NCBI GenBank assembly: GCA_046290465.1
Contig: JBKAGP010000001.1
Span: 2,592,001-2,656,000 of the forward strand
Length of the DNA: 64,000 bases
Direction of reading: 5' to 3'
DNA from: Planctomycetota bacterium
GTDB lineage: Bacteria; Planctomycetota; UBA1135; UBA2386
A program made the translations under genes and the position numbers. Position 1 is the stretch's first letter. Every line of letters starts with the position of its first letter. The notes beneath the pieces were generated by a model. The model saw only the letters and a list, made by a program, of their open reading frames with translations. It searched no databases and was not told where the DNA came from. This document shows, piece by piece, positions 13,074 to 22,058 of this stretch.

Positions 13074-14212
13074 GCTTCGAGCCGCTTGCGCCGCTGCTCG
13101 ATCTCGGCCTGCCACTCGGGCAGCGCGACCCAGCGATCGATGTTGTCGAGGTCGCGTTCGGCGTTGCCGGTGTCGCCCCGCTGCAGCGCCGCGTCGATGC
13201 GGCGAAGCCGCTTGCCGAGCCACTCGGCCCCGTCGCGCAGCAGCTGCTCGCGCTCGGCGCGCACCTCGGCAGCGTCGGGGTTGCGGCCGAGGAACGCGTC
13301 GATGCGCGCCATCGCCCCGCGGTAGTCGCGCCACTGGAAGCGCAGCCGGGACCGCGCCGCGAACACCACGTCCGCCGCCGTCTCGGGCGTGCCGAGGCCG
13401 GCGTCGCCGACGTAGCGCCCGCGCAGCTCGGTGACCGCGGCGCGCAGTGGCTTGCCGTCGGGGTGCCATTCGCAGAGCTCGCCGTACTCGTCCATCCAGT
13501 CGTCGCAGAGGCGGACCAGCTCGCGCGCGGCGGGCCGTTCGGGCTGGCCGAGGTAGCGCTGCACGAACGACTCGAGCAACCCGTGCTCGCGGCGCGCCGC
13601 CGACACCTCGAGTGCGGCCGCGTTCTCGAGCATCAGCCGGCGGATGTCGCGCTGCAGCGCCAGCGCCCGGTCCTTGGCTTCGCCCGTGGCCTCCTTCAGG
13701 GCGAACTCGAGCGTCTCGAGGGCGCGCTCCGGACGATTGTTGTCGTACTGGATCTGCGCCAGCTCGACGTAGTGCATCGGCGAACGCGGCCAGGTCGAGT
13801 TGCCGAGCCTTCGCAGCACGAACAGCGCCACGCCGAGCACCGCCACGGTGATCAGCACGGCTGGCCAGGTGCTGGTGGGCGAACGCCGGGACGGGCGGCG
13901 ACCGGCGGACGCACCGTCACGGCCGGCGCGAGCACGCCCCCCACGGGCGCCGGCCGGCGCCGCCGCGCCGTCGTCGAACCACGTCACGCGCACGCGGCCG
14001 ACGTCGACCGACTGGCCGTCTGCGAGGTCCTTGCACAGCAGGTCCTGGCCGTGGATCCGCAGCGGCTGGCCGGCCTCCGGCGACTCGATGCGCACGCCGC
14101 CGGCGATCGGCACCACCCGCAGCGAGCCTCCCTGCACCAGCAGCGGCTGGCCCGCGACGCGACAACGCGTGCGTTCGCCGCGCTCGTCCAGGATCTCCAG
14201 CTCGCCGGTCAC
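13064..14212 (-). CDS. Hypothetical single-TM protein (FHA-like beta N-terminus, TPR-like helical C-terminus)
   Basis: GTG start 10 bp after the stop of the upstream gene; TM WPAVLITVAVLGVALFVL; helical C-terminal region. Confidence 0.7.
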   Translation of the reverse strand: MTGELEILDERGERTRCRVAGQPLLVQGGSLRVVPIAGGVRIESPEAGQPLRIHGQDLLCKDLADGQSVDVGRVRVTWFDDGAAAPAGARGGRARAGRDGASAGRRPSRRSPTSTWPAVLITVAVLGVALFVLRRLGNSTWPRSPMHYVELAQIQYDNNRPERALETLEFALKEATGEAKDRALALQRDIRRLMLENAAALEVSAARREHGLLESFVQRYLGQPERPAARELVRLCDDWMDEYGELCEWHPDGKPLRAAVTELRGRYVGDAGLGTPETAADVVFAARSRLRFQWRDYRGAMARIDAFLGRNPDAAEVRAEREQLLRDGAEWLGKRLRRIDAALQRGDTGNAERDLDNIDRWVALPEWQAEIEQRRKRLEAQR

Positions 14213-14222
14213 GTCGCGGGGA

Positions 14223-17213
14223 TCACTTCTGTGCGGCAGAAGGCCACAGCGGGTGCGACTTGTGCACGTCTCCGGAACCGAAGTTCTGCACCCAGTAGCG
14301 ACCGTTCGCGCCGATGCCGATCTCGCGATGGCTCGGCGACAGCAGGTTGCGGTGGTGGCCCGACGAGTGGCACCACGCCACGTGGGACGACATCGCACCG
14401 CCGGTCATGGCGATGTTCTCGCTGACGCCGAACATGTAGCCGGCGAGGCGCATGCGGTCGGTCGGCGTCTTGCGACCCGGCGTCGGCGACATGTGCGCGA
14501 AGTAGCCGAGCTTCGACATCTCGTCGGCGTGGCCCTGCGAGGCCTCGCAGGCGCTCTTGACCGCGGCCAGCGGCCGGTGGCCGAACATCTCCCGGTAGTC
14601 GTTGGTGATCCGCAGCAGCGTCGTCACGGCGACCGGCCAGTCGTCCTTCGCCGCCTCGTTGTAGGCGCGGATCTGGCGCCAGTAGGCGCGGGTCTCGCGC
14701 TCACCCGGCGTCAGGCAGAACGTCTGCAGCGTGATCGTCGCGCCGGGCTCGAGCGCGCGCGCCCAGGCGATCGGCTGCAGTACGGTCGCCACCGACTCGC
14801 CCTTCGGCAGCCCGCCGAGGCGCGCCAGCTGCTCGGCGAGCCAGTCGACCCGGTCGAGGTCGGCGCCGAACCGGCCCGAGACCTTGAGGCGCGTCTTCGA
14901 GCTCTCCCACAGACGACGCAGCTTGGCGACGCGTTCGTCGACCTCCTGCTGCACCCGGTTGCACTCGGCGTGCTTCTCCCCCGAGACCGCCGGCGGCTTG
15001 TAGGGGTAGAAGTACTTCACCTCGTCGTAGATCAGCTCCTTCGCGTAGCTGCGCGCATCGTCGAGCGCGGCGCGTTCGTCGGTGAGCCGGTCGACCTGCT
15101 TCTTCAGCGCGCTCGCCTGCACCCGGTCGAGGTGCTTGCCGAACGCATCGCGCATCGCGAACGTGAGCGCCTCGCGCTGCAGTTGGCCCTCGGCGAGGGT
15201 CGCGGTGACGAAGTCGTCGCGGGCCTCCGCGTCGCGCGCCGTCATCGCCTTGTTGAGCCGGGCCGACAGCTTCTTGCTCAGCTCCTCGAGCTCGAGCTGG
15301 CGGAGCGACACGAACCGCCCCTTGCGCAACGCGTAGCCCGAGGAGCCGAGCTCCTCGCCGCGACCGCGGGCCAGCACCCCGTCGACGTGCTGCTTCCAGC
15401 GCTTCTCGTCGCTGCGCAGCAGCTCCGCGAGCACCTTCTCGGCGGCCTCGGACTCGCCGTTCTTGTAGAGCAACGCCGCCAGACCGAGCGCCGTGCGCCC
15501 CTTGGCCTTGACCTGTTCGGCGAGGCGCTGCATGCCGGCGGCGTCGACGTCGAACCACTCGAGCCGCTCCTCCCCGTCCGCCGAACGCGCCACGATGCGG
15601 CCGTCCTCGACGCGCAGCAGTTCGAGTTCGCGACCCGACATGTCGGTGGTGCTCAGCTTCTTGCCGGCGGCGATCGCCGCGACGACCGCGTCGTTCCAGC
15701 CGGCGAGCAGGTCGGACTCGTCGGCGCGCGTCACCAGGCGATCGGCGAACTCCGCATCACGGACGCGCACCGCCTCGGCCGCTTCGCGCAGCAGCTTCGC
15801 CGCGCGCGCGTGGTCGCCGGCCTCTTCGGCGTCGCGCACCTGGTCCATGTGGCTGCGCAGGCTGGCAAGGGTCTGCAGCCGCGTCGCCTGGTCGACCTTC
15901 GCCGGCTTGCCGAGGTCGCTGCTGGCCAGCGCGGCCGCGCGCTCCTTCTCGAGCACGAGCGCCTCGAGGCGAGCCAGCTCGGCCCCGAGGTCGGAGAACG
16001 CCACGCTCGCCGGGAAGTGGTGCCGCGCCGCCTGCAGCAACGTGACCGCGTGCTCGATGCGACCGTCCTGCTCGACCCGCTTCGCCTCGCCGAGCAACTG
16101 CTGCATCGCCTGCTGCGCGCGTCCGCGCACGCCGGCCTGCGCCGCCCGCAGACGTGCGACTTCGGCCTCGTCCCGGGCGGCTTCGAAGCCCGCCTGGATC
16201 AGCGCCAGCGCCTGCGCGAACTGTCCCTGGTCACAGAAGCGATCGATCTCGCCCTGCTCGACCTGCGGCGTTTCGGCCACCGGCGCGGTCGCCGTCGGCA
16301 CCTCGTCGCCGTTGCCGACCACGGGGCCTGCCGTGGGCGCGCCGGGACCGTCGTTGCGACCAGCGTGGCGATCGGGCTGGCCACCGGGCTGGCCAGCGGG
16401 CTGGCCCGTGCGCGACTGCCGCGACAGCCGCGCAGCCTCGTCGTCGCGCTCGGTGACGAGCGCCCGCAGGCGCGAACGCACCTTGCGCGCGGCGACCTGC
16501 TCCTCGATCGAACCACGGCCCTCGAGGCGGCGCAGTTGCTGCGACCACTGCGCGTAGGTGCGCGTGTCGCTCGGATCGAGCACCTGCGCGCGCAGGTCCT
16601 CGCGGGCCCGTTCGATCCGGTCGATGCCGGCGTCGACCGCATCGAGTCGCTGCAGACGATCGTCCTCGGCGTCGGTCCACAGGCGGCGCAGTCGCGCCAG
16701 TTCTTCGCGGGCCTCGTCGAGCTTGCCGCGCTGGCGCAGGTTGTCGACCGCGGCGACCAGGCCGTTGACCTGCGCGTCGTCGTTGCCGTTCCAGGCCAGC
16801 GCCGCGACGCCGCCGACCACCAGCAGCACCACCACCGCAGCGATCAGCTTCGGCGCGCTCGACGACTTGCGCGGCGTGCGGCGCGGCGAACGGCTGACCG
16901 CGCCGGACAGCACGTCCTCCGGTTCGGCCTTGCGCGCGACGGTGCGGCCGACGACGAGCACGGCCTTGCCGATCTCGACGCGGTCGCCGAGCTGCAGCTC
17001 GGTCGCGCGGGTCGGCGAGCCGTTGACCAGGACGTCGACCTCGGCGACCAGGCGCACGCCTTGCGCATGCGGTTCGAACGAGGCGTGCGTCGGGGCAACG
17101 CCCGATTCGCGGAGACGTACATGGGCGCCGTCGGCCGACCCGAACGTAGTCGGTTGCTCTCCGAGGGTGTGCAGAAAGGTCTGGCCGGCGTCGAGAATCT
17201 GCAGCGTATACAT
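14223..17213 (-). CDS. Membrane-anchored protein: degenerate FHA-fold, TM, long helical region, C-terminal CAP/SCP domain
   Basis: Start MYTLQIL; LVNG...LQLGDRVEIG; TM LIAAVVVLLVVGGVAALAW; CAP motifs TNDYR, HADEM, YFAHMS, ENIA, WCHSSGHHRNLL, YWVQNFG. Confidence 0.85.
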   Translation of the reverse strand: MYTLQILDAGQTFLHTLGEQPTTFGSADGAHVRLRESGVAPTHASFEPHAQGVRLVAEVDVLVNGSPTRATELQLGDRVEIGKAVLVVGRTVARKAEPEDVLSGAVSRSPRRTPRKSSSAPKLIAAVVVLLVVGGVAALAWNGNDDAQVNGLVAAVDNLRQRGKLDEAREELARLRRLWTDAEDDRLQRLDAVDAGIDRIERAREDLRAQVLDPSDTRTYAQWSQQLRRLEGRGSIEEQVAARKVRSRLRALVTERDDEAARLSRQSRTGQPAGQPGGQPDRHAGRNDGPGAPTAGPVVGNGDEVPTATAPVAETPQVEQGEIDRFCDQGQFAQALALIQAGFEAARDEAEVARLRAAQAGVRGRAQQAMQQLLGEAKRVEQDGRIEHAVTLLQAARHHFPASVAFSDLGAELARLEALVLEKERAAALASSDLGKPAKVDQATRLQTLASLRSHMDQVRDAEEAGDHARAAKLLREAAEAVRVRDAEFADRLVTRADESDLLAGWNDAVVAAIAAGKKLSTTDMSGRELELLRVEDGRIVARSADGEERLEWFDVDAAGMQRLAEQVKAKGRTALGLAALLYKNGESEAAEKVLAELLRSDEKRWKQHVDGVLARGRGEELGSSGYALRKGRFVSLRQLELEELSKKLSARLNKAMTARDAEARDDFVTATLAEGQLQREALTFAMRDAFGKHLDRVQASALKKQVDRLTDERAALDDARSYAKELIYDEVKYFYPYKPPAVSGEKHAECNRVQQEVDERVAKLRRLWESSKTRLKVSGRFGADLDRVDWLAEQLARLGGLPKGESVATVLQPIAWARALEPGATITLQTFCLTPGERETRAYWRQIRAYNEAAKDDWPVAVTTLLRITNDYREMFGHRPLAAVKSACEASQGHADEMSKLGYFAHMSPTPGRKTPTDRMRLAGYMFGVSENIAMTGGAMSSHVAWCHSSGHHRNLLSPSHREIGIGANGRYWVQNFGSGDVHKSHPLWPSAAQK

Positions 17214-17266
17214 GCGTCGGCAGCGGCTCGCACAGAGGGGGCTGGGGGCGAACCGGGTCGAAGAGT

Positions 17267-18157
17267 CTACCCGTTCGCCATGCCGGAGGGGACATCCTCC
17301 TGCCGCTGCCAGATCGATCCGATCTGCCCGACGGTCCGCGGGGCCTCCGGGACGAGGTCCGTGGCCAGCGTCGCCCGCGCGATGCGGACGACCGGCAGGC
17401 CGGCGAGCAGCCGGCACAGGCGCGCGTGTTCGCGCGTGGTCTGGTTGGCGACGACCAGCCAACCGCCCGGTCGCAGCGAGGACACGGCGCGCGCCAGCAG
17501 CCGCCGCGGCCGCAGCCGCGACAGCGGCGCCCCCCACTGCAGGCACGCATACGGGCTCAGGAACGGGAAGAACAGGCTGACGACGTCCTGCCGTGGCAGG
17601 CGCGCCGCGGCGGCGTCGGCAACCTCGAAGCGCACCAGATCGCCGTCGACGCTTGCCGCCCTGGCGTGGGCCCGGCCGTGGTCGGCGCGCGAATGGCCAT
17701 CGCGGTAGATGCCGTGGCCGTCGAGTTCGAGCCCGCGCAGCACGGTGGACCGGTCGCCGTCGCCGGCGCAGGACAGCCAGCGGCAGAGCGCTGCCGCGTA
17801 GTGGAAGTCGCCGCAGCCGAGGTCGGCCGCGCGCACCACGCCGTCGCAGGACCCCGGCGGCGTGCGACCGCCGGCCAGCCGTTCGAGCTGTTCGAGCCGC
17901 GCGAAGTTGCGGGCGCGCACTTCGGGGGCGAGGCCGGCGAGGCGCGCCTCGATGCCGAAGCGCGCCTCGAGCACGGCGGCGCGCTGCGTCAGCTCGGCCG
18001 CGAGCGGCGCGGGCGCCCACGCGAACGTCGGCGCATCGGCCAGCCGGGAGCGACCGGGCGCGCCACGGCTCCAGCGCAGCGACGCGCGCAGCGCGTAGCC
18101 GAACTCGATCGCCGGCGCGCGCAGCAGCGCCAGCCCGTGACGCACGACGCGGGACAT
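17267..18157 (-). CDS. Putative class I SAM-dependent methyltransferase
   Basis: Motif I AADLGCGD; LRPGGWLVV. Confidence 0.68.
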   Translation of the reverse strand: MSRVVRHGLALLRAPAIEFGYALRASLRWSRGAPGRSRLADAPTFAWAPAPLAAELTQRAAVLEARFGIEARLAGLAPEVRARNFARLEQLERLAGGRTPPGSCDGVVRAADLGCGDFHYAAALCRWLSCAGDGDRSTVLRGLELDGHGIYRDGHSRADHGRAHARAASVDGDLVRFEVADAAAARLPRQDVVSLFFPFLSPYACLQWGAPLSRLRPRRLLARAVSSLRPGGWLVVANQTTREHARLCRLLAGLPVVRIARATLATDLVPEAPRTVGQIGSIWQRQEDVPSGMANG

Positions 18158-18215
18158 GGCGCCCTCATCGGCATTCGGCGCGGGCCGGGCTGAGCCCGGC
18201 CCGCCGAACCGCGGC

Positions 18216-19961
18216 CTACAGGCCGAGGGTGCCGAGCACGCCGTTCGAGGTCAGCAGGTTCGCCGGGTTGGCGAGCGTCAGGCTGATCGACTGGGCGCTG
18301 ATCTGGAAGCCCGTCAGCGCGGTGTTGCTCGGGATCGGGAAGCTGGTCGTCGAAACGCCGCCGTTGCTGATGCCCGACAGGCTGCCGAGCGCCTGGTTGA
18401 TCCAGATCGAGCAGCCCGGCGCGTTGAAGCCGATGACCGACAGCGGCAGGCCGGTGCCCTGGGCGTCGCCGAAGAACGTGATCGAGACCGGCGAGACCGG
18501 GTCGATGTTGCTCGTCGTCAGGTCCCAGCTGCCACCGAGGACCGGCAGGTTCGAGTCGAGTTCGAGCGGCGCGATGCCGTTGTCGAAGACCATCACGCCC
18601 GTCAGCAGCTCCGCGCTCCAGTCGGTATCGCGAACGACCGTCGCGTTGCCCGGCGTCGCGCCGAACAGCGGCGTGTGCCAGACGCTCGCCCCGGTGAACG
18701 ACATGCTGTCGAAGACGATCGTGCAGTTGCCGGTCGCCACCTCGATCTGGTACTGCCAGGTGTCCGTGCCGGTGCCGTTGTAGGGCTGCACGCCGACCCA
18801 GGTCACGTAGGCGATGCCGCCGATCTCCTCGACGAGCACCTGACCGGCCTGGTTCGGGCTCCAGTCGTACCACGGCCCGCAGATGGTCGGATCGACGAAG
18901 GCCTCGAACTCGGCGAGCGTCGGGGACCAGTCGGCCGGCGCCGCCGGCGCGTTGTCCGACAGGTGCACGTAACCGTTGGTGCAGATCTGCAGCGTGCTGG
19001 TGACGCCACCGGGCACGGGCATCGGCGCCGACAGCGTGAACGCGCCGAAGGCATCGTCCGTCGTCGCGACGACGGTCGCCGCGGCGGTCGGCGCGACGTA
19101 TGTTCCCGGGATGCTGTCGAGGATCGTGTACTCGGCGCCCGTGCGCAGGAACGTGATCGCCGAACCCGAGCCCATGATGTCGGGCAGCGTCGCGCCGCCG
19201 GCCGTGTTGCCGAACAGCTCGTAGCGCGCATCGACCTGCGAGATGCAGCCTTCACCGTAGACGAGGCGGGTGCCGCAGCCGGCGTTGGCGACCACCGGCA
19301 CGTAGCCTGGGTTGGTCGCGATCAGCGTGCAGGTGAGGCCCTGCAGGTCCAGCGAGTTGGCCGCGAACACTTCGTGCGTCATGTCGTCGGGCGACGGGAT
19401 GCTCGCCGACAGGTCGATCGAAGCCGCCTGCACCGTGCCGAGGCCCGGGCTGACGCCGGCGATCGCTTCGGTCACCTGGTAGGCGGTCGACTCGTAGCTG
19501 AGGTCGACGTCGCCGGTGGCGCGCAGCGTGCACTGCAGGTTCATCTGCGGCGTGTTGCCGAACGCGACGACGTTGACCCACGTGACGGTGCACTGCCCGG
19601 GCACGCTGGTGTCGACCAGCACGTCGCCGCCGTTGGCGACGATGCAGTTGAGGTCGTCCCACAGCACGGCGACGCGCGGCGCACCCGTGGCCATGTCGGC
19701 GGCCGACGGCGACAGGTCGCTGTCGGTGATCGCGGCGCTACCGTCGGACAGGTAGCAGAACCCGTTGGTCGACGGGTGCACGTACTGGTAGGTCGCGCCC
19801 CCGATCGGGAACGCGAAACCCATGTCGATACCGTTGCCGGAGTTGACGACGACGTCGTCGCCGCCGCCGTACGAGGTGGCACCGGCGCCGGCGGTGATGC
19901 ACTGGCCCATGACGGCCGGTGCGAGAAGGGAGAGGGTCAGCGACCCGAGGAACTTCTGCAT
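18216..19961 (-). CDS. Secreted beta-rich protein, paralog of 4557-6146, with an internally duplicated module
   Basis: Signal peptide MQKFLGSLTLSLLAPAVMG; two DD...TNG...WxD modules; YGEGC; C-terminal domain ...IPSNTALTGFQISAQ...TSNGVLGTLGL. Confidence 0.85.
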   Translation of the reverse strand: MQKFLGSLTLSLLAPAVMGQCITAGAGATSYGGGDDVVVNSGNGIDMGFAFPIGGATYQYVHPSTNGFCYLSDGSAAITDSDLSPSAADMATGAPRVAVLWDDLNCIVANGGDVLVDTSVPGQCTVTWVNVVAFGNTPQMNLQCTLRATGDVDLSYESTAYQVTEAIAGVSPGLGTVQAASIDLSASIPSPDDMTHEVFAANSLDLQGLTCTLIATNPGYVPVVANAGCGTRLVYGEGCISQVDARYELFGNTAGGATLPDIMGSGSAITFLRTGAEYTILDSIPGTYVAPTAAATVVATTDDAFGAFTLSAPMPVPGGVTSTLQICTNGYVHLSDNAPAAPADWSPTLAEFEAFVDPTICGPWYDWSPNQAGQVLVEEIGGIAYVTWVGVQPYNGTGTDTWQYQIEVATGNCTIVFDSMSFTGASVWHTPLFGATPGNATVVRDTDWSAELLTGVMVFDNGIAPLELDSNLPVLGGSWDLTTSNIDPVSPVSITFFGDAQGTGLPLSVIGFNAPGCSIWINQALGSLSGISNGGVSTTSFPIPSNTALTGFQISAQSISLTLANPANLLTSNGVLGTLGL

Positions 19962-20184
19962 CTTGCGAATCGGAGAGACGTGGCGGGAATCCGCGCACGA
20001 ACAACCTGGTACAGAGGGGCGAGCCCAGGTGGGGCGAACCAAGGGCAGGTGCGGGCATGGTAGCGCGCCGGCGCGATCTTGCTGATGCGCGCTCCGGATC
20101 CTGCACGTGCCAAAGCTGCAAGCACGATTGCGGATCGACGAATGCACGCGTCGACGAACGCGCGCGTCTACGCTGCGCCGCGGA

Positions 20185-22056
20185 TCAGCGCGGCGTCTCC
20201 GGGAACTTCAGGTACGGCAGCTTCACGCCGTCGAACTCGAAGTTGTCGATGCGCAGCTCCGGCGGCGGCTCGAAGCCGGCGCCGCCCTCGAACGCGATCA
20301 GATCGTTCTGCTCGACCCCGTCGCCCGAGACGCCGAGCGCGCCGACCAGCTGGCCGTTCTTGTAGAGCGGCACCGAGCCGGGGAAGAACGTCAGGCCGTT
20401 CTGGTAGCCCGGATCGGCGGTCTCGTTGCCCCAGCGGTCGACCTGGCCGGGCAGCTGGTTGAGCAGCGCCAGGTTGTAGAGCGGCCCCGGCGCCGTGTTG
20501 CCCTGCGCCGGCGTGAAGTTCGGCAGCGCGGCGATGTATTCCGCCTGGCTGAACGTGCCGCCGATGCCCGGCGGGTAGAACGGCTGCGACAGGAAGCCGA
20601 GCGTGCGGGTCGTCAGCGCGATGCCGCGGTTCTGCCCGGTGGGGTCGGTCGGGAAGCCCTGCCACGCATCGCCGAACGGGAAGTCGAAGCCGCTGTTGGA
20701 GACGTTGGTCGAGAACGGACCGCCGGGACGGCAGTAGTAGACCGTCGAACGCGCCTTGGCCGGCACCACGTCGATCGCGTCGGTCAGCGTGTCCTCCATC
20801 CGGTAGTGCGCCAGGATCAGGCCGCGCGCGTCGACGATCGTCGCGATGATCTTCGACGAACTGCCGAGCGGGAGGCGCACCTGGCCACGCGTGATGTTCG
20901 CGCTGGCGACACACTGCGCGATGATCGTCTCGACGTCGTTCTGCGTCAGCACCTCGCCGCCGTTGCCGGTCTGTGCCGGGCGCGGGCCGATCAGGTAACC
21001 GAACGGGTCCTCGCGGCCGGGCACGGGCGCCTGCACGAACGCGCCGGGCGCAGCGCCGACGCGCGCCTGGTAGCCGGCAGGGATCGTCGTCTGCTTCACG
21101 TAGGGCAGCAGCACCCCGACGATCGTGATCGCGCCCTCGAGCGGGATCGCGTCGAAGAAGAAGTCCTCGTCGCCGACCGCACCCGAACCCGACGCACCCT
21201 GGATCGCCGCATACTCACCCGCCGCGACGTCCGGCTCACCGGCCTGCGGGCCCGACGTGCGCACGACGTAGACGCCGACGCCGCCCACCAGGCGGGCGAC
21301 CCCGCTGGCGTTGGCCTTGAACAGCGGCACCGCGCCCGGCAACAGCGTGATGCCGGGGCTCGGGAACGTGCCGCCGATGTTGCGCGACGGCTGGAAGAAG
21401 ATGTTCGCCGCGTTCGGATCGGGCAACGGCTCCCCGGGCGGGCCCGGCTGCGCGTTGTTGGTGTTGAACAACGTCGGCGGCGTCGTCAGGCCGGTCGCCA
21501 CGTTGGCGCCGCGGTTGGTCGAGTTGATCTGCCACAGCGGCCCCTGCGGGGTGCCGGCGACGCCGGAGCAGCGCCGGGTCGGCGCGATCACCGTGTTGCC
21601 GGCGCCGCTGGTCGGCAGCTGCGAGGCGATCAGTTCGTCCGCGAACGTCGGCGGGAAGTGGAAGCGCCCGAGCGTCTCGACGGTGCGCGACGACAGCGGC
21701 GCCTGGCTGTTGGAGAAGAACGACGTCGTGCGCGCCAGGCTGACGGCGATGTTGTCGGCGTCGGTCTCGGTCGCCCCCACCGTCGAGTAGACGCCGAGGA
21801 TGTCGCCGGTCCGATCGGTGACCGCCGCGTGGATCTCGATCGTGGCCGGTGCGATCGCTTCGATCGAGTTGATCGCGCGCGCCAGGATCGTGTTCACCTC
21901 GACAGCGGTCAGCGGGATCGCCGGACCACCGGTGACGAAGATCGTCGGCGCCGACGTGCCGTTGGCGCTGCACGAGCTGAGGCCGATCGGCGCGGCGGTG
22001 CCGGCGACGGCGAGCAGGCCGAGCGCGACCCAGCGCTTCTTGGAGAGGAGAGTCAT
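20185..22056 (-). CDS. Lipoprotein with two GlcG/HbpS (heme-binding)-like domains
   Basis: Lipobox LSSC; AVTDRTGDILG...PGAVPLFK...LVGGVGV and IVDARGLILA...AKARS...PGSVPLYKNGQLVGALGVSGDG. Confidence 0.85.
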   Translation of the reverse strand: MTLLSKKRWVALGLLAVAGTAAPIGLSSCSANGTSAPTIFVTGGPAIPLTAVEVNTILARAINSIEAIAPATIEIHAAVTDRTGDILGVYSTVGATETDADNIAVSLARTTSFFSNSQAPLSSRTVETLGRFHFPPTFADELIASQLPTSGAGNTVIAPTRRCSGVAGTPQGPLWQINSTNRGANVATGLTTPPTLFNTNNAQPGPPGEPLPDPNAANIFFQPSRNIGGTFPSPGITLLPGAVPLFKANASGVARLVGGVGVYVVRTSGPQAGEPDVAAGEYAAIQGASGSGAVGDEDFFFDAIPLEGAITIVGVLLPYVKQTTIPAGYQARVGAAPGAFVQAPVPGREDPFGYLIGPRPAQTGNGGEVLTQNDVETIIAQCVASANITRGQVRLPLGSSSKIIATIVDARGLILAHYRMEDTLTDAIDVVPAKARSTVYYCRPGGPFSTNVSNSGFDFPFGDAWQGFPTDPTGQNRGIALTTRTLGFLSQPFYPPGIGGTFSQAEYIAALPNFTPAQGNTAPGPLYNLALLNQLPGQVDRWGNETADPGYQNGLTFFPGSVPLYKNGQLVGALGVSGDGVEQNDLIAFEGGAGFEPPPELRIDNFEFDGVKLPYLKFPETPR

Positions 22057-22058
22057 GG

